DNA of 64,000 bases from Dehalococcoidia bacterium (GCA_965214635.1 OZ243964.1:2195696-2259695); one strand, 5' to 3'. Shown: positions 36,363-46,748, counted from the stretch's first letter. The notes: generated from the sequence alone by a model not told the origin. Numbers and translations are program-made.

Positions 36363-38939
36363 TCAGTGGCGCCTGCGCGACCAGCGCAGCCCGCCCAGTG
36401 CCCCCAGAGGTGCAGCGATGAGCAGCATGTTGATCATCGCCGCACCGGCAGGTATGTCCGTAGATGGGGCGCAGCCTCCCGTGATCTCCGGCTCCGATGC
36501 GGGCGGCGGCGTGGCAATCACGATTACCACTGTCGTATTATCCCCGGCGGGCGGCGGTGTCGCTTCATGCGATACCACTAGCACAATGGGCGTGGGAGAC
36601 GGCGCGGGCGTCGCAGGCGCTGCGGTCGCCGTTACCACGATGACCACCGGCGTGGGCGCATCTTGGGGCTGCGCCGGCGGGTCGGGCGGAACGACCAGCA
36701 CGATGGGCGTAGCGGTAGGCGGCGCAGGTGTGGGAGTTGCCGTTACCTCGATGACTATCGGGGTGTTGGTGGGCGCAGGCGTGTGGGGTTTAGGCGTAGC
36801 CACCACTATCTTGGGCGTAGCAGTAGGCGGCGCGGGTGTGGGAGTTGCCGTTACCTCGATGACTATCGGCGTGTTGGTGGGCGCAGGTGTGTGCGGTATA
36901 GGCGTAGCCACAACTATCTTGGGTGTAGCGGTAGGCGGCGCAGGCGTGGGAGTTGCCGTTACCTCGATGACGATCGGGGTGTTGGTGGGTGCAAGCGTAG
37001 GCGTTGCCGTAATAACGATCACGCTCGGCGTGCTGATGGGCGCAGGTGTGTGCGGTATAGGCGTCGCGACCACTACGCGTGGCGTAGCGGTAGGCGGTGC
37101 AGGCGTGGGTGTGGGCGTAATAACGATTACGCGCGGTGTATTCGTGGGTGCAGGCGTGTGTGGTACAGGCGTAGCGACCACTATCTTGGGCGTAGCAGTA
37201 GGCGGCGCAGGTGTGGGTGTGGGCGTAATGATAATGACGCTGGGCGTGTTGGTGGGCGCCGGCGTGTGTGGTACAGGCGTAGCGACCACTATCTTGGGCG
37301 TAGCAGTAGGCGGCGCCGGCGTGGGTGTGGGCGTAATGACCACGACTCTCGGTGCGCTGGTCGGCGTGTGCGTTGCGGTTACCACAATGATCACAGGCGT
37401 TTGAGTTGGCGTAGGCGTAAGCGTTGGAGTTCGCGTTGGCGTAGGCGTGCGTGTGGGGGTCTGTGTCGGCGTGGGTATTGGCGTGCGTGTTGGGGCAGGT
37501 CGTAGCCGGCTGCCGTGCTGCGGACCGAACTCCCACCATGTCGCCCGCCCGTCGCCATCTATGTCCACTTTCAGCAGGGGGAAATCGCGCGAGCTGCCAA
37601 AGTCCCACACATCGTCCGTGCCTGTGAAGTCGTCGCCGTCACCATCCGCGTTGTCGATGTCTATTTCCCAGTTCATATAGATGCCGGTGTAATCGGTGCG
37701 GAAACGCATCTGCGCCGCAGTTTTGTCGCGTGCCCCCGGAGTGCGCAATTCGCCGCGGTTAATTTCGCCGTCGCTGTTTCTGTCGTCAGACGCCACGCTC
37801 ACCAGCCCGCGTGATGCGTCTGAGTTCCAGTAGCTTTCGCTGATTGAGGCAGGGGCGATCCTCAAGCCGATCAGCCCGCCTATCAGAGTTTCGCCCGACA
37901 CATATCCTGTGGCATAGCTTGTTAGGATAGAGCCTCTGTTCTTGCCAACCAGCCCGCCGGCTTCACCTTCCGCAGACACAGTGTTCGCTGCATATGAGGC
38001 GATGATTACGCCGCTGTTTACGCCGACCAGTCCACCCGCCACATATTCCTGCGCTTTCACCCTGCCAACTGCGTAGCTTGCGCTGATTGTTGCATCGATG
38101 AGGTTCTCCGCAACCAGCCCGCCCGCCTCGTTAAGCGCCTTGACGATGCTGGATGAGTAGCTGAATGTAATCGGCCCGTTGTTACTGCCCACCAGTCCAC
38201 CTGCGGTCTCGTTGCCCCTGACTGATGCAGATGAGTGGCTTCTGACGATAGAGCCTTCGTTTCTCCCGACAAGCCCGCCTATCAGTTCTTCCCCAGACAC
38301 TTCGCCCCCGGTGTAGCAGTCGCTGATTTCGCCAAGATTCCACCCGACGAGTCCGCCCACATTCTCATCGCCCGAGACGAATATGGTATTCAGCCCTACG
38401 CCCCGAATTACGCCGCTGTCGAGCGTCTTGCCGAACAAGCCGACATAGCTCCCTCCCTGTTGGTTTCTGAGTTTGATGAACAGGTTGGTGATGGTGTGTC
38501 CGTTGCCATCGAAGGTTGCGCTGAAACCGTTATCCTTGTCGCCGATGGGCGCTAATCCCTTCCCTCCGATGAGATTCCAATCCACCTTGCCGGTGGCGTA
38601 GTGTTTGGGGTTCTTGAAATTAAGGCTGCGTGTTAACTCATAGCCGATGCAGCCGTTGGCACAGCCCACACCGGGTCCGGCGATGGGGAAGGCTGCGGCG
38701 TAGGCGTCTGCATACTCCGGGGTGTCTGCCACGCCGTCGCCGTTCAGATCGTAGCGCACAGCGGCAAGCTGCTCGATAAAGACGATCTCCATAAGCCCGT
38801 CGCCGTCGGTGTCGTAATACTCTGTCAATTTCGTATCAGCGTTGGCGGATTGTAATCCCACCCAGCCGGCGAACGGCAACACCGCCACCAGAGCAAGGAG
38901 CGTCGAGATAAGAGCCTGCCGTAAGCGACGGTTTGCCAA
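36363..38939 (-). CDS. large secreted surface protein: Ca-binding-like DxDxDG repeats, GLUG-motif beta-helix region, Pro/Thr tandem repeats, C-terminal membrane anchor
   Basis: Signal peptide ([21 protein letters not shown]). DTDGDGL / DLNGDGV. At least 9 GGLVG/GGLIG (GLUG) repeats. About 330 aa of PT-rich repeats. C-terminal [29 protein letters not shown] start with AAGGAG SD. Confidence 0.75.
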   Translation of the reverse strand: MANRRLRQALISTLLALVAVLPFAGWVGLQSANADTKLTEYYDTDGDGLMEIVFIEQLAAVRYDLNGDGVADTPEYADAYAAAFPIAGPGVGCANGCIGYELTRSLNFKNPKHYATGKVDWNLIGGKGLAPIGDKDNGFSATFDGNGHTITNLFIKLRNQQGGSYVGLFGKTLDSGVIRGVGLNTIFVSGDENVGGLVGWNLGEISDCYTGGEVSGEELIGGLVGRNEGSIVRSHSSASVRGNETAGGLVGSNNGPITFSYSSSIVKALNEAGGLVAENLIDATISASYAVGRVKAQEYVAGGLVGVNSGVIIASYAANTVSAEGEAGGLVGKNRGSILTSYATGYVSGETLIGGLIGLRIAPASISESYWNSDASRGLVSVASDDRNSDGEINRGELRTPGARDKTAAQMRFRTDYTGIYMNWEIDIDNADGDGDDFTGTDDVWDFGSSRDFPLLKVDIDGDGRATWWEFGPQHGSRLRPAPTRTPIPTPTQTPTRTPTPTRTPTLTPTPTQTPVIIVVTATHTPTSAPRVVVITPTPTPAPPTATPKIVVATPVPHTPAPTNTPSVIIITPTPTPAPPTATPKIVVATPVPHTPAPTNTPRVIVITPTPTPAPPTATPRVVVATPIPHTPAPISTPSVIVITATPTLAPTNTPIVIEVTATPTPAPPTATPKIVVATPIPHTPAPTNTPIVIEVTATPTPAPPTATPKIVVATPKPHTPAPTNTPIVIEVTATPTPAPPTATPIVLVVPPDPPAQPQDAPTPVVIVVTATAAPATPAPSPTPIVLVVSHEATPPPAGDNTTVVIVIATPPPASEPEITGGCAPSTDIPAGAAMINMLLIAAPLGALGGLRWSRRRH
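36690..37380. repeat. 108-bp tandem repeat array (~6 units, one partial 51-bp unit) inside the surface-protein gene
   Basis: GGGCGTAGC(A/G)GTAGGCGGCGC recurs at 36705, 36813, 36921, 37080, 37188 and 37296. Encodes the 36-aa unit [33 protein letters not shown]. Confidence 0.85.
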
Positions 38940-39448
38940 CAGACTATGCTCCTTGCCTTATGTAGGGTTTACACTTGGTTACTCTTGTGAGTGTCAAAAG
39001 CATATCGCAAATGTACAGTTTCATCCACATATGCGGCATGTGGGCAAATGGGACAGGTATATCGACACTGTTTTTTAAGAGAGCGAAAAGCCGTTAAGTG
39101 CATTATGCAGCCCAGATCCTACTAGGCTTTCCCCGATTAAGAAAGGCTGTTGTGGAACTAGAGTTTGCGTCTTTTGCGTCTGACTTGGCGGATGCTGCGC
39201 AGTTGGCGACAGCATCAGTGCCCCTAAATTGCGCATGGCTTCCAACCCACCCCTGCATGTGAGAGTCCCAGCGGATGGCGCTCATCTGCTCTATTACTAG
39301 GCAGGCCTAATGAGTCCATATTAAGACCATCGCGAGCAGCAGTTCATCCGCTAGGACTGTGAGTTATACGCCGGAGAACCCTCCCCCTCATCCCGAGACA
39401 TCGTTTTGGGAGGGGCTTCCGATGCGTTATCGGGCTAGGCGATTGAGC

Positions 39449-40846
39449 TTACAGGGGCGGGCGCTGCCAGCCGCCTAGTGCGCCTTCTATGTGCTGCGCT
39501 GCCGCAAGCGACACATCCTCGCGCCACGGGCGGGCGACTACCTGCACACCGATGGGCAAGCCGTCGGGCGATGTGCCGGCGCGCACCACGGTGGATGGCC
39601 AGCCAGTGATGTTGTATGTGCCGGTGTAGCTCATGCCGCGCTGGTTTTCGTCTTTAAGCGATTCGCCGTGTTCCAGCGCAGGGAACGCCGCCACCGGACA
39701 GACTATCGCGTCGTACTGCTGCACGAAGCCCAGCATGGCGCTGCGGAAGGCGTCCACATCTTCCAGCATCGCCGTGAACTCATCCACAGACACCATGTCC
39801 GCGTCCGCCTGCTCTAATCGGCGCGTCAGCCAAGGATGCGACTCGGTCGTCCCCCACTTTGCCAGCAGCCGACGCGTCCAAGCCCTGCCGTCGCCGCCTG
39901 ATAGCTTGTTGGATATGTCTGGGTTTTCGGCGATGATGGCAGGAACATCCTCTGTGAGGGATGCGCCTGCGTCGGCGAGCGCATCGGCGGCGGAGCGCAC
40001 GGCGGCTATCGTCTCTGGCGTGGGAGTGCGCAGGCCGTTGTCTGTGTAGAAGCAGACGCGCAGGCTCGACAAGTCCACATCGGCGGGGTCGCCAAGCGGC
40101 ACGGGCGCGATGAACGGGTCGCTCCAGTCGGGGCCGGCGATAATGGACAAGATGAGCGTGAGGTCTTCCACATAGCGCGCCATAGGGCCGTTCTGTGTCA
40201 GCGAATCCACTGGCCCCATGCTGTGGGGCACGATGTGCCCGGTGCGTGGGACGCGCCCAGAGTTGGGCTTCAAGCCTGCGATGCCGCAGAAGTGCGCCGG
40301 GTAGCGCACGCTGCCACCGGTGTCGCTGCCGATGTCAAACGCAGCGCCGCCGACGGACACGATAGCGCCTGCGCCGCCGCTGCTGCCGCCTGTGGTGCGG
40401 GTCTGGTCGAATGGGTTGTTAGTCTGCCCATAGACGAGGTTGTTCGTCTCGCCTGCAAGCGTGAGTTCGGGCGTGTTCGTCTTGCCGAGCAGGATAGCGC
40501 CCGCAGCACGCAGCCGAGCCGCTACGGTGGCGTCCGCATCGGGGACGAACTCAGCGCGTCCCAGCGTGCCCCCTGTGGTAACGATGCCTTCGGTGTCGAT
40601 GGAGTCTTTGAGCGTGAATGGGACGCCGTGCAGCGCGCCATTGCTCTCGCCGCGTGCGAGCGCAGCATCGGCGTCGGCGGCTTCGGCGCGCGCCCTGTCC
40701 GCCGCAAGCTGCACCACGGCGTTTAGGGCGGGGTTTACCTCGTCGATGCGCGCCAGATGTGCATCCACGACCTCCACCGCCGAGACCTGCTTGTCCTGAA
40801 TCGCCTGCGCTATGGATTTGGCTGATGCATAGATGATGTCGTTCAT
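39449..40846 (-). CDS. amidase-signature family amidase (GatA-like)
   Basis: GGSSGGAGAIV Ser-cisSer-Lys signature region, and the FTLKDSID Lys motif. AGGAGG SD. Confidence 0.85.
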   Translation of the reverse strand: MNDIIYASAKSIAQAIQDKQVSAVEVVDAHLARIDEVNPALNAVVQLAADRARAEAADADAALARGESNGALHGVPFTLKDSIDTEGIVTTGGTLGRAEFVPDADATVAARLRAAGAILLGKTNTPELTLAGETNNLVYGQTNNPFDQTRTTGGSSGGAGAIVSVGGAAFDIGSDTGGSVRYPAHFCGIAGLKPNSGRVPRTGHIVPHSMGPVDSLTQNGPMARYVEDLTLILSIIAGPDWSDPFIAPVPLGDPADVDLSSLRVCFYTDNGLRTPTPETIAAVRSAADALADAGASLTEDVPAIIAENPDISNKLSGGDGRAWTRRLLAKWGTTESHPWLTRRLEQADADMVSVDEFTAMLEDVDAFRSAMLGFVQQYDAIVCPVAAFPALEHGESLKDENQRGMSYTGTYNITGWPSTVVRAGTSPDGLPIGVQVVARPWREDVSLAAAQHIEGALGGWQRPPL

Positions 40847-40976
40847 CGGTATCCTCCTATCACTCTATCTCGCTCTATCGTTTGGGAGTAGTGGCCGGTC
40901 GGTTCGTCAATCGGTTGGTCTTACGATCGATAGATTGCACGGAAATGGCTGTGGTTGGGTTTGTCCCCGCCCTCCC

Positions 40977-42290
40977 CTAAAACACATCGGCGTACATCAT
41001 ATCAGCGTAGGTTTCGCGGCGGCGGATTAGGCGCGCGTCGCCGTCTTTTGCGATTACGATGGCGGGGCGACCGTTGAGGTTGTAGTTGCTCGCCATAGAG
41101 GGGGCGTAGGCGCCTGACGATGGGATGGCGATGATGTCGCCCGGCGCCACTGTTGGCAGCATGATGTCGCGCACCAACACATCGCCCGACTCGCAGTATT
41201 TGCCCGCAAGCGTAACCACCTCGCCGGGCGGAGCGGACATCCTGCTTGCGACCACCGCCTCGTACTCCGAGCCGTAGATGGCGGGACGGATGTTGTCGCC
41301 CATGCCGCCGTCTAGCGACACATACTTGCGCACGCCGGGGATGTGCTTGATGCCGCCGACGGTGTAGAGCGCCACGCCTGCGCGCCCCACGATGGAGCGC
41401 CCCGGCTCCACCACCAGCTGCGGCGTGCCGAAGCCCAACTCTTCGCAGAGCGCCGTGGTCTTGGCGGCGATAACCTCGGCATAGTCGGCGATGGGCGGCG
41501 GCGGCTCGGCTCGCAGATAGCCGATGGCGAACCCACCACCCGGGCTGAACTGCGCGAGCCGCAGCCCCTCTTCCTTGAACTGTGCCAAGAAATTGAGCAC
41601 CACATCCACGCCGAGCGCATATGGCTCAATCTCGAAAATGGGCGACCCGAGGTGAAAGTGGATGCCGATGAGGTCGAGGTTATCGGCGGCAATCGCCTGA
41701 CGGACTGCTTTGGCTGCATCGCCGGTCTCGATGGAGAAGCCGAACTTGCTGTCGAGGATGCCGGTTGTGGTGGCGGCATGCGTGTGCGGGTCCACCCCGG
41801 GAGACAGGCGCAGCATTATCTCTTGGCGCACGCCACGCCGCCCTGCTATGGCGTCCAAGACCGCTAGCTCGTGGAAGCTGTCCACGACTATCTGACCGAT
41901 GCCATAATCCAGGGCGAACTCCAGCTCATCCGGCGTCTTGTTGTTGCCGTGGAAGTAGATCCTCTCGGGCGGAAAATCGGCGGCGCGTGCAACGGCAAGC
42001 TCGCCGCCCGACACCACATCCAGCCCCAAGCCCTCTTCTGCGACGATACGAGCGATGGCAGGGTTGACGAACGCCTTGGACGCATACGCCACTAGGCTGT
42101 TGGGGTAGCGCTGCCCGAACTCCGCCACGAACTCGCGGCACATCCCGCGCAGGGTGTCGTCGTCGAACACATACAGCGGCGTGCCGAACTCTGCCGCCAA
42201 CTCCGTCGCATCGCAGCCGCCCAGCGTTAAGTGGTCGCGCTCGTTCACGACTGCGGTGAACGGGAATAGGTCGATGTTCTCAAATGTCAT
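40977..42290 (-). CDS. lysA: diaminopimelate decarboxylase
   Basis: PLP fold type III: YASKAF (Lys), HFHLGS, GGGFAIGY, CESGD motifs. GAGGAG SD before the ATG at 42290. Confidence 0.9.
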   Translation of the reverse strand: MTFENIDLFPFTAVVNERDHLTLGGCDATELAAEFGTPLYVFDDDTLRGMCREFVAEFGQRYPNSLVAYASKAFVNPAIARIVAEEGLGLDVVSGGELAVARAADFPPERIYFHGNNKTPDELEFALDYGIGQIVVDSFHELAVLDAIAGRRGVRQEIMLRLSPGVDPHTHAATTTGILDSKFGFSIETGDAAKAVRQAIAADNLDLIGIHFHLGSPIFEIEPYALGVDVVLNFLAQFKEEGLRLAQFSPGGGFAIGYLRAEPPPPIADYAEVIAAKTTALCEELGFGTPQLVVEPGRSIVGRAGVALYTVGGIKHIPGVRKYVSLDGGMGDNIRPAIYGSEYEAVVASRMSAPPGEVVTLAGKYCESGDVLVRDIMLPTVAPGDIIAIPSSGAYAPSMASNYNLNGRPAIVIAKDGDARLIRRRETYADMMYADVF

Positions 42291-42415
42291 CGGTTGCTCC
42301 TCAAAGAACTTGTGCAAGGCGGCGCTTACAACACAGCGGTGGCATTAGTACGCCTTGATGTTACATCAGGTCTTCATGTCTTGTCGGGGCTGATAGTACG
42401 CAGGCACATCGCGGC

Positions 42416-43099
42416 TCAATCTACGATATGGGCGTCTATGCCCAGCGCTCGGGGCAGCTGTGCCGCGCTGTCCAGATAGCCGAGTGGCGCATAGCGACAG
42501 AACGCCTTGCGCGGTGTTACGCCGCTGAGCGCAGCCGCAAACGGGACGCTAGCGCGCTGCGCAGTCTCCGCATCCACCACGCTGTCGCCCACATACAGGC
42601 AGCGCGTCGCATCGCCGCCGAGCGCTGATACGGCACGCATCAGCCCCGTTGGATCCGGCTTGAGCGTCTCCACATCCTCGCCGCCCACAATCACCGCGAT
42701 GTGTTCATACAGCCCGTCTCGCCGCAGTATCGCCTCTATGCGGCGGCGGTACTTGGACGACACTATGCCTATCCGGATGTGCCGTTGTCGAAGTGCGTTC
42801 ACCAGCTGGGGCACGAAGCCGTACATCTCGGTGGCATCGTGCATCACCACATCGGCGCGCTGTATGAACAGACGCGTGAACTCTGACGCGCGCTCGGGCT
42901 GCCGTCCCTCGCCAAGCACGGCAAATGTGCGTTCCAGCGACATCCCGATGGTATGGCGGATGGCGTGGTCGGACGCCTCAGGCAGCCCCAGTCGGCGCAG
43001 CGCAAAGTTGGCGCACTCTATTATGCCCGGGGACGAGTCGGCAAGCGTGTAGTCGAAGTCGAATATCACGCCGCTAATGTCTAGTGCGCTGATGCTCAT
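42416..43099 (-). CDS. HAD-superfamily hydrolase (phosphoglycolate phosphatase-like, subfamily IA)
   Basis: DFDYTLADS motif I, SSK motif II region, GDSVVD motif IV. Confidence 0.8.
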   Translation of the reverse strand: MSISALDISGVIFDFDYTLADSSPGIIECANFALRRLGLPEASDHAIRHTIGMSLERTFAVLGEGRQPERASEFTRLFIQRADVVMHDATEMYGFVPQLVNALRQRHIRIGIVSSKYRRRIEAILRRDGLYEHIAVIVGGEDVETLKPDPTGLMRAVSALGGDATRCLYVGDSVVDAETAQRASVPFAAALSGVTPRKAFCRYAPLGYLDSAAQLPRALGIDAHIVD

Positions 43100-43803
43100 A
43101 GCCCCATCAGCTCTGCGAGGGTGTTCAAGTCGGGGACTTCTAGGTCTGCGCCGGACGCACCGCCTATCGGGTTGCCCGATGCGCCGGTGTTCCTGCCCGT
43201 CCCTGCGCTGCGGTTCACCCAGACTGTGCTCATCCCAAACGCCTTTGCCGGTACGATGTCCAGCTTGACACTCTCAGCCACATGCAGCACGCGCGCTTTC
43301 GGTGCGCCGATGCGCTCTATGGCGAGGGCGAAGTTGTTCTGCGAGGGCTTGTACGAGCCTGCCTGCTCCGCTGTTATCACATCATCGAACTCCACGCCCA
43401 GCGTCCGTTGGGTGCCTGCGAACAGGTCATCGTCCACATTGGAAACGATGCAAAGCTTGTATCGGGTTTTGAGGCGGTGCAGCGCATCCACCGTGTCAGC
43501 GAAGGGCTGCCACCCGCCGAGCGATTCGGCGAGACATTCGGCTTCGGACTGCGAGGGCGTGAAGCCTAGCCTTTCGCAGATGGCGTGCGCAGTGGCGCGC
43601 AGCACTTGGCGATACTTGCGATACTCGCCGGACTTGCCCTGCACCTCGTGCTCTGCGTAAAGACGCAGCAGCACATCATCGTCTACGCTGACGCCGTGCG
43701 CCGCCATAACCGGCCTGAGTGCGCGGGTTATGCCCGCTTCCCAGTCTATTAGCGTGCCGTAGCAGTCGAATGTCAGCGCTTCGTAATCGTTAAAGTTCAG
43801 CAT
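43096..43803 (-). CDS. HAD-superfamily hydrolase (2-haloacid dehalogenase type II-like)
   Basis: FDCYGTLIDWE motif I, VSN motif II. Its stop overlaps the next HAD gene's start by 4 nt. Confidence 0.8.
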   Translation of the reverse strand: MLNFNDYEALTFDCYGTLIDWEAGITRALRPVMAAHGVSVDDDVLLRLYAEHEVQGKSGEYRKYRQVLRATAHAICERLGFTPSQSEAECLAESLGGWQPFADTVDALHRLKTRYKLCIVSNVDDDLFAGTQRTLGVEFDDVITAEQAGSYKPSQNNFALAIERIGAPKARVLHVAESVKLDIVPAKAFGMSTVWVNRSAGTGRNTGASGNPIGGASGADLEVPDLNTLAELMGL

Positions 43804-44108
43804 ATTTTGTCCAACTGTCCAATCGTCTAACTGTCCAATCTTTATGGTGTAGCCTTGTCAGCATCGGAACGGGGTCGCCGATGTGTTTCCCCAAATTCGG
43901 CACTGCCCATCCACTCGAATTCTGATGGTTCGTTTATATCGCAACAAGCGCCACATGCGCAACTTTATTCTCGCCATAGAGCAAGACGCACAGATGCACG
44001 AGGACATATGATTTGCAGCGGGTCGGTCGATGCGGGGTGTGGAAGGCGTGGAAGCGGGAGCGCTAATGCGGATGCGGTGGTGCGGTGGCGTTGTCTGCGC
44101 TCGCACGC

Positions 44109-46400
44109 TCATCGGGGGGATATAGTCCCCTTCCACAGGTGCTCGTATCCGCTGCCCACTGCTCTGTACTGCCCCGTCTTGATCTCATCGATGTCGTAGT
44201 TAGGCAGCGCTCTACTCACCACGCACATATCCCCAGATATTATGCTTGTATCGCTCCACAGGAACGCAAAGTCCAGATTGTCGAACCCGTGCTGCTTGCG
44301 GTGATTGGGCAGGTCGGCGGCGTCAACCGGGATGATGTGCAAGAAGAACTCTGCGTCTGTGTCGTCCGCATCGCACTCCCGCTTGGCGTAGATGATGATG
44401 TCGTCGGCGAGATACACATCGTAGTCCGAGCTGATTGCAGGTTCGCTGTCTCTGACTAGCCGCGCAAGGTAGGCGCTGGGGGACATCCTTTCCACCCGAG
44501 TGGGGGGCTGCGCCCCTTGTGGCAGCTGTATGATGGCGACGCACAGGCCGGTTCTCATCTGCATCCAAGCCTCTGCAACTAGCTCGTCCGCCTGTCCGTT
44601 CGATGTGTGGACATTCAATGGCAATGCAACCAGTTCGTCTGAAGCGCAGTCGTCAGCGAACATCTGCACTAGCCGACCGTGCACGACCATCGCCGTGCCG
44701 TCGGTGTTGTAGTCGAAATGAGGTTCCATGTTCTCCCAAAACTGTGCGAAAGCATCAGATTTTTCCAGCGGTTCCCCAAGCCAGATTATAAATCGCCCGC
44801 TATGCGGGAAAAACGGGCTTTGGTAAAGCGCATACTCAGCATATTTGTGGTACCACGCTTCATCGCTTGTAGTGTTAGCGAAGTGAGTTATGCCAAACTC
44901 TCGGTAGTAGAGGGGAGCGTATTCGTCCTTCCAGTTTGCGTAGCCATCCCCCGTTGCATAAAAGTAGTCATAAGAGTTCACCAAGCCGTCTAGGTTCACC
45001 ACCGGAAAGCGGGAGAAGTACCCTATGATGCCCGAATCCCAAGACCCGATTACACTCCCATCAGGCAGCGCATCGTTCATGATTTGCACATTTGAGTGTT
45101 GAATGGTTACCCAATTATCATGATGGGTTGACCTGCTTGCTTGGTCTATAAACTTAAATGGTCTGGTGAAGTCAGTGTTCCACAACAGGAAGAGCGCACC
45201 CACCGCCACGATGCAAGTGCTCAAGATGATGCTCTCAGGACGCGATATGTGCCCACCAAAGTAGCGGACGAAGTAGATTGCGACATAGCATCTGATTGGG
45301 ATTACCAGAGCCATCATCAGATATGCCGGGACGAAATACCATGGGAAGTATGGTCCGTCCGGATGGTCAAGCAGAACGGTCTGCGCAAACTTGGCGAGAT
45401 GCCCAGCCGCTAGGCTGAACGCGCCTACCAAGAACGCTAGCATCAGCCAGTCTCGGCGGCTGCGCGAGCGGCGTGCGAACCACCACACCAGTAGCAAGTA
45501 TGCGCATACTTCTGCCGCAACCAGTAGCTCATAGTCGAACACGGGTCGGCGTATTGTCCCCCAGAAACTTTCCAAGAGACTGTATCCACCGGCTTGTTCC
45601 CATTTGCCCTGCGACCACGATAGCTTGGTAGCTGCGCTCACGGGCACGATACCGCCGAACACGATGCCATTGTAGGCGAAGTAAACTAGTATGCCCGCAG
45701 CGGCTGCAATCAGCGAAGGCAGCGCCTTGAGCGCAGTTATCGAGCGGACGAACTCGCGCCTAGATGCGGATGTGCGCCACCATGCGCTGATACGCCTGTC
45801 CTGCCACGACCATTCCAGCATGCACAGCGCGCCCGTCCCTGCCAGCGATATGGCGATGTACTCCAAGCGCACCCAAGGCAAAGCGAACGCCACGCCCATC
45901 AGCAGCCACTTCCAACGCCCCGCATTGCGCGCAAACAAACAGAGCGCGAGGATGAACAGTCCCAGCATGAACAGCGCCGCCGCTGCCTCCATGCCTCTGA
46001 TGAATATGTTATCCTGCGGATGGTAATAGAGCAGCGGTAGTAGGGTAAACAGCAGTATCCACGGCAGGCGTGCCAAGCGCGCCGCTGCGGCGATTAGCGC
46101 CACACCGCCTGCGACGAGCGCCAGTTCGAACACCTTGATGCCGAACAGCGCTGATTCCTTGTCGAAGACCCAGTAGAACGGCGTAATCATCAGCATCCAG
46201 AGTGGATGGTAGCCGTTGGTGCGGGTGATGCCACCGTCGAAGGTAGAGAACTTGCCTTCGGCGAGGTTGTAGGCTATCTGGAAGTAGTAGAAAGAGTCAT
46301 CAATATTAAGATCGTGGAGGAGGAGGTTGAAGAGGTCGAAGCGGATGAGCATGTACACAGCGAACGCTGTGGCGTATGCGAAGATGCCCGCGATGAACAT
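44109..46400 (-). CDS. polytopic membrane protein, GT-C-fold glycosyltransferase-like N-domain plus ~350-aa soluble C-domain (5' end probably disrupted, see findings)
   Basis: DDSFYYFQIAYNLAEG...TNGYHPLW near the first loop, about 11 further hydrophobic helices, C-terminal FFLHIIPVD...HGFDNLDF motif. The ORF-track Met falls inside the first TM helix and has no SD. AT-richer than the flanks. Confidence 0.6.
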   Translation of the reverse strand: MFIAGIFAYATAFAVYMLIRFDLFNLLLHDLNIDDSFYYFQIAYNLAEGKFSTFDGGITRTNGYHPLWMLMITPFYWVFDKESALFGIKVFELALVAGGVALIAAAARLARLPWILLFTLLPLLYYHPQDNIFIRGMEAAAALFMLGLFILALCLFARNAGRWKWLLMGVAFALPWVRLEYIAISLAGTGALCMLEWSWQDRRISAWWRTSASRREFVRSITALKALPSLIAAAAGILVYFAYNGIVFGGIVPVSAATKLSWSQGKWEQAGGYSLLESFWGTIRRPVFDYELLVAAEVCAYLLLVWWFARRSRSRRDWLMLAFLVGAFSLAAGHLAKFAQTVLLDHPDGPYFPWYFVPAYLMMALVIPIRCYVAIYFVRYFGGHISRPESIILSTCIVAVGALFLLWNTDFTRPFKFIDQASRSTHHDNWVTIQHSNVQIMNDALPDGSVIGSWDSGIIGYFSRFPVVNLDGLVNSYDYFYATGDGYANWKDEYAPLYYREFGITHFANTTSDEAWYHKYAEYALYQSPFFPHSGRFIIWLGEPLEKSDAFAQFWENMEPHFDYNTDGTAMVVHGRLVQMFADDCASDELVALPLNVHTSNGQADELVAEAWMQMRTGLCVAIIQLPQGAQPPTRVERMSPSAYLARLVRDSEPAISSDYDVYLADDIIIYAKRECDADDTDAEFFLHIIPVDAADLPNHRKQHGFDNLDFAFLWSDTSIISGDMCVVSRALPNYDIDEIKTGQYRAVGSGYEHLWKGTISPR

Positions 46401-46440
46401 TGCGAACAGAATGTTTCGAAGCAGCGGGGAAAGGGAAATA

Positions 46441-46450
46441 CCCCCCCCCC
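46441..46450. repeat. homopolymer C10 (G10 on the coding strand of the GT-C-like gene)
   Basis: Ten consecutive C read directly, 41-50 nt upstream of ATG 46400 and downstream of an alternative ATG at 46512. Confidence 0.95.
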
Positions 46451-46719
46451 GTACTTATGTTCTTAATGTGAGCGGTCAGAAGCCGCTGCAGGTTATCCGA
46501 TATGGTGGTCATAATCTCGCTTGTCAGTCATCGTGAGTGCATGGCGGCTGTGCAATTTTCGGTGTGCGTTACTCTGATTTTCGCCACCGTAGATTATACC
46601 ACCAAACCATTCTGCAAATTGGACGCTGTAATGGCAGGCGTTCCCAACCACTGCGCGGGATCCGCGACTCGACTCCATCTGGGGGAGCGCTAACGCAGCC
46701 GCGAAGGCGAGATGTGATA

Positions 46720-46748
46720 TTCCCACTCCCGACATTATCTGATATAAT
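46720..46748 (+). promoter_or_regulatory. candidate sigma-70 promoter of the tRNA cluster (extended -10 TGATATAAT, -35 TTCCCA, 17-nt spacer)
   Basis: Perfect TATAAT at 46743..46748 with an upstream TG, 48 nt before tRNA-Val. Weak -35. Confidence 0.45.

Noticed and set aside
36690-37380. Regularly spaced repeats (108 bp here, 99 bp at 53488..53845) considered as possible CRISPR arrays.
   Set aside because: The units are contiguous tandem repeats without unique spacers, lie inside long ORFs and translate into in-frame peptide repeats. There are no cas genes in the window.
39380-39448. Hairpin CCCTCCC...GGGAGGG with a ~20-nt loop just downstream of the amidase stop.
   Set aside because: The loop is long and no U-tract follows on the minus strand. 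It is too weak to call a terminator.
43804-44108. Looked for an integrase, a tRNA-derived direct repeat or other island boundary around the AT-richer GT-C gene next to the tRNA cluster.
   Set aside because: No integrase-like ORF was found, and no duplicated tRNA 3' segment between 43800 and 46800. The island hypothesis rests on composition only.
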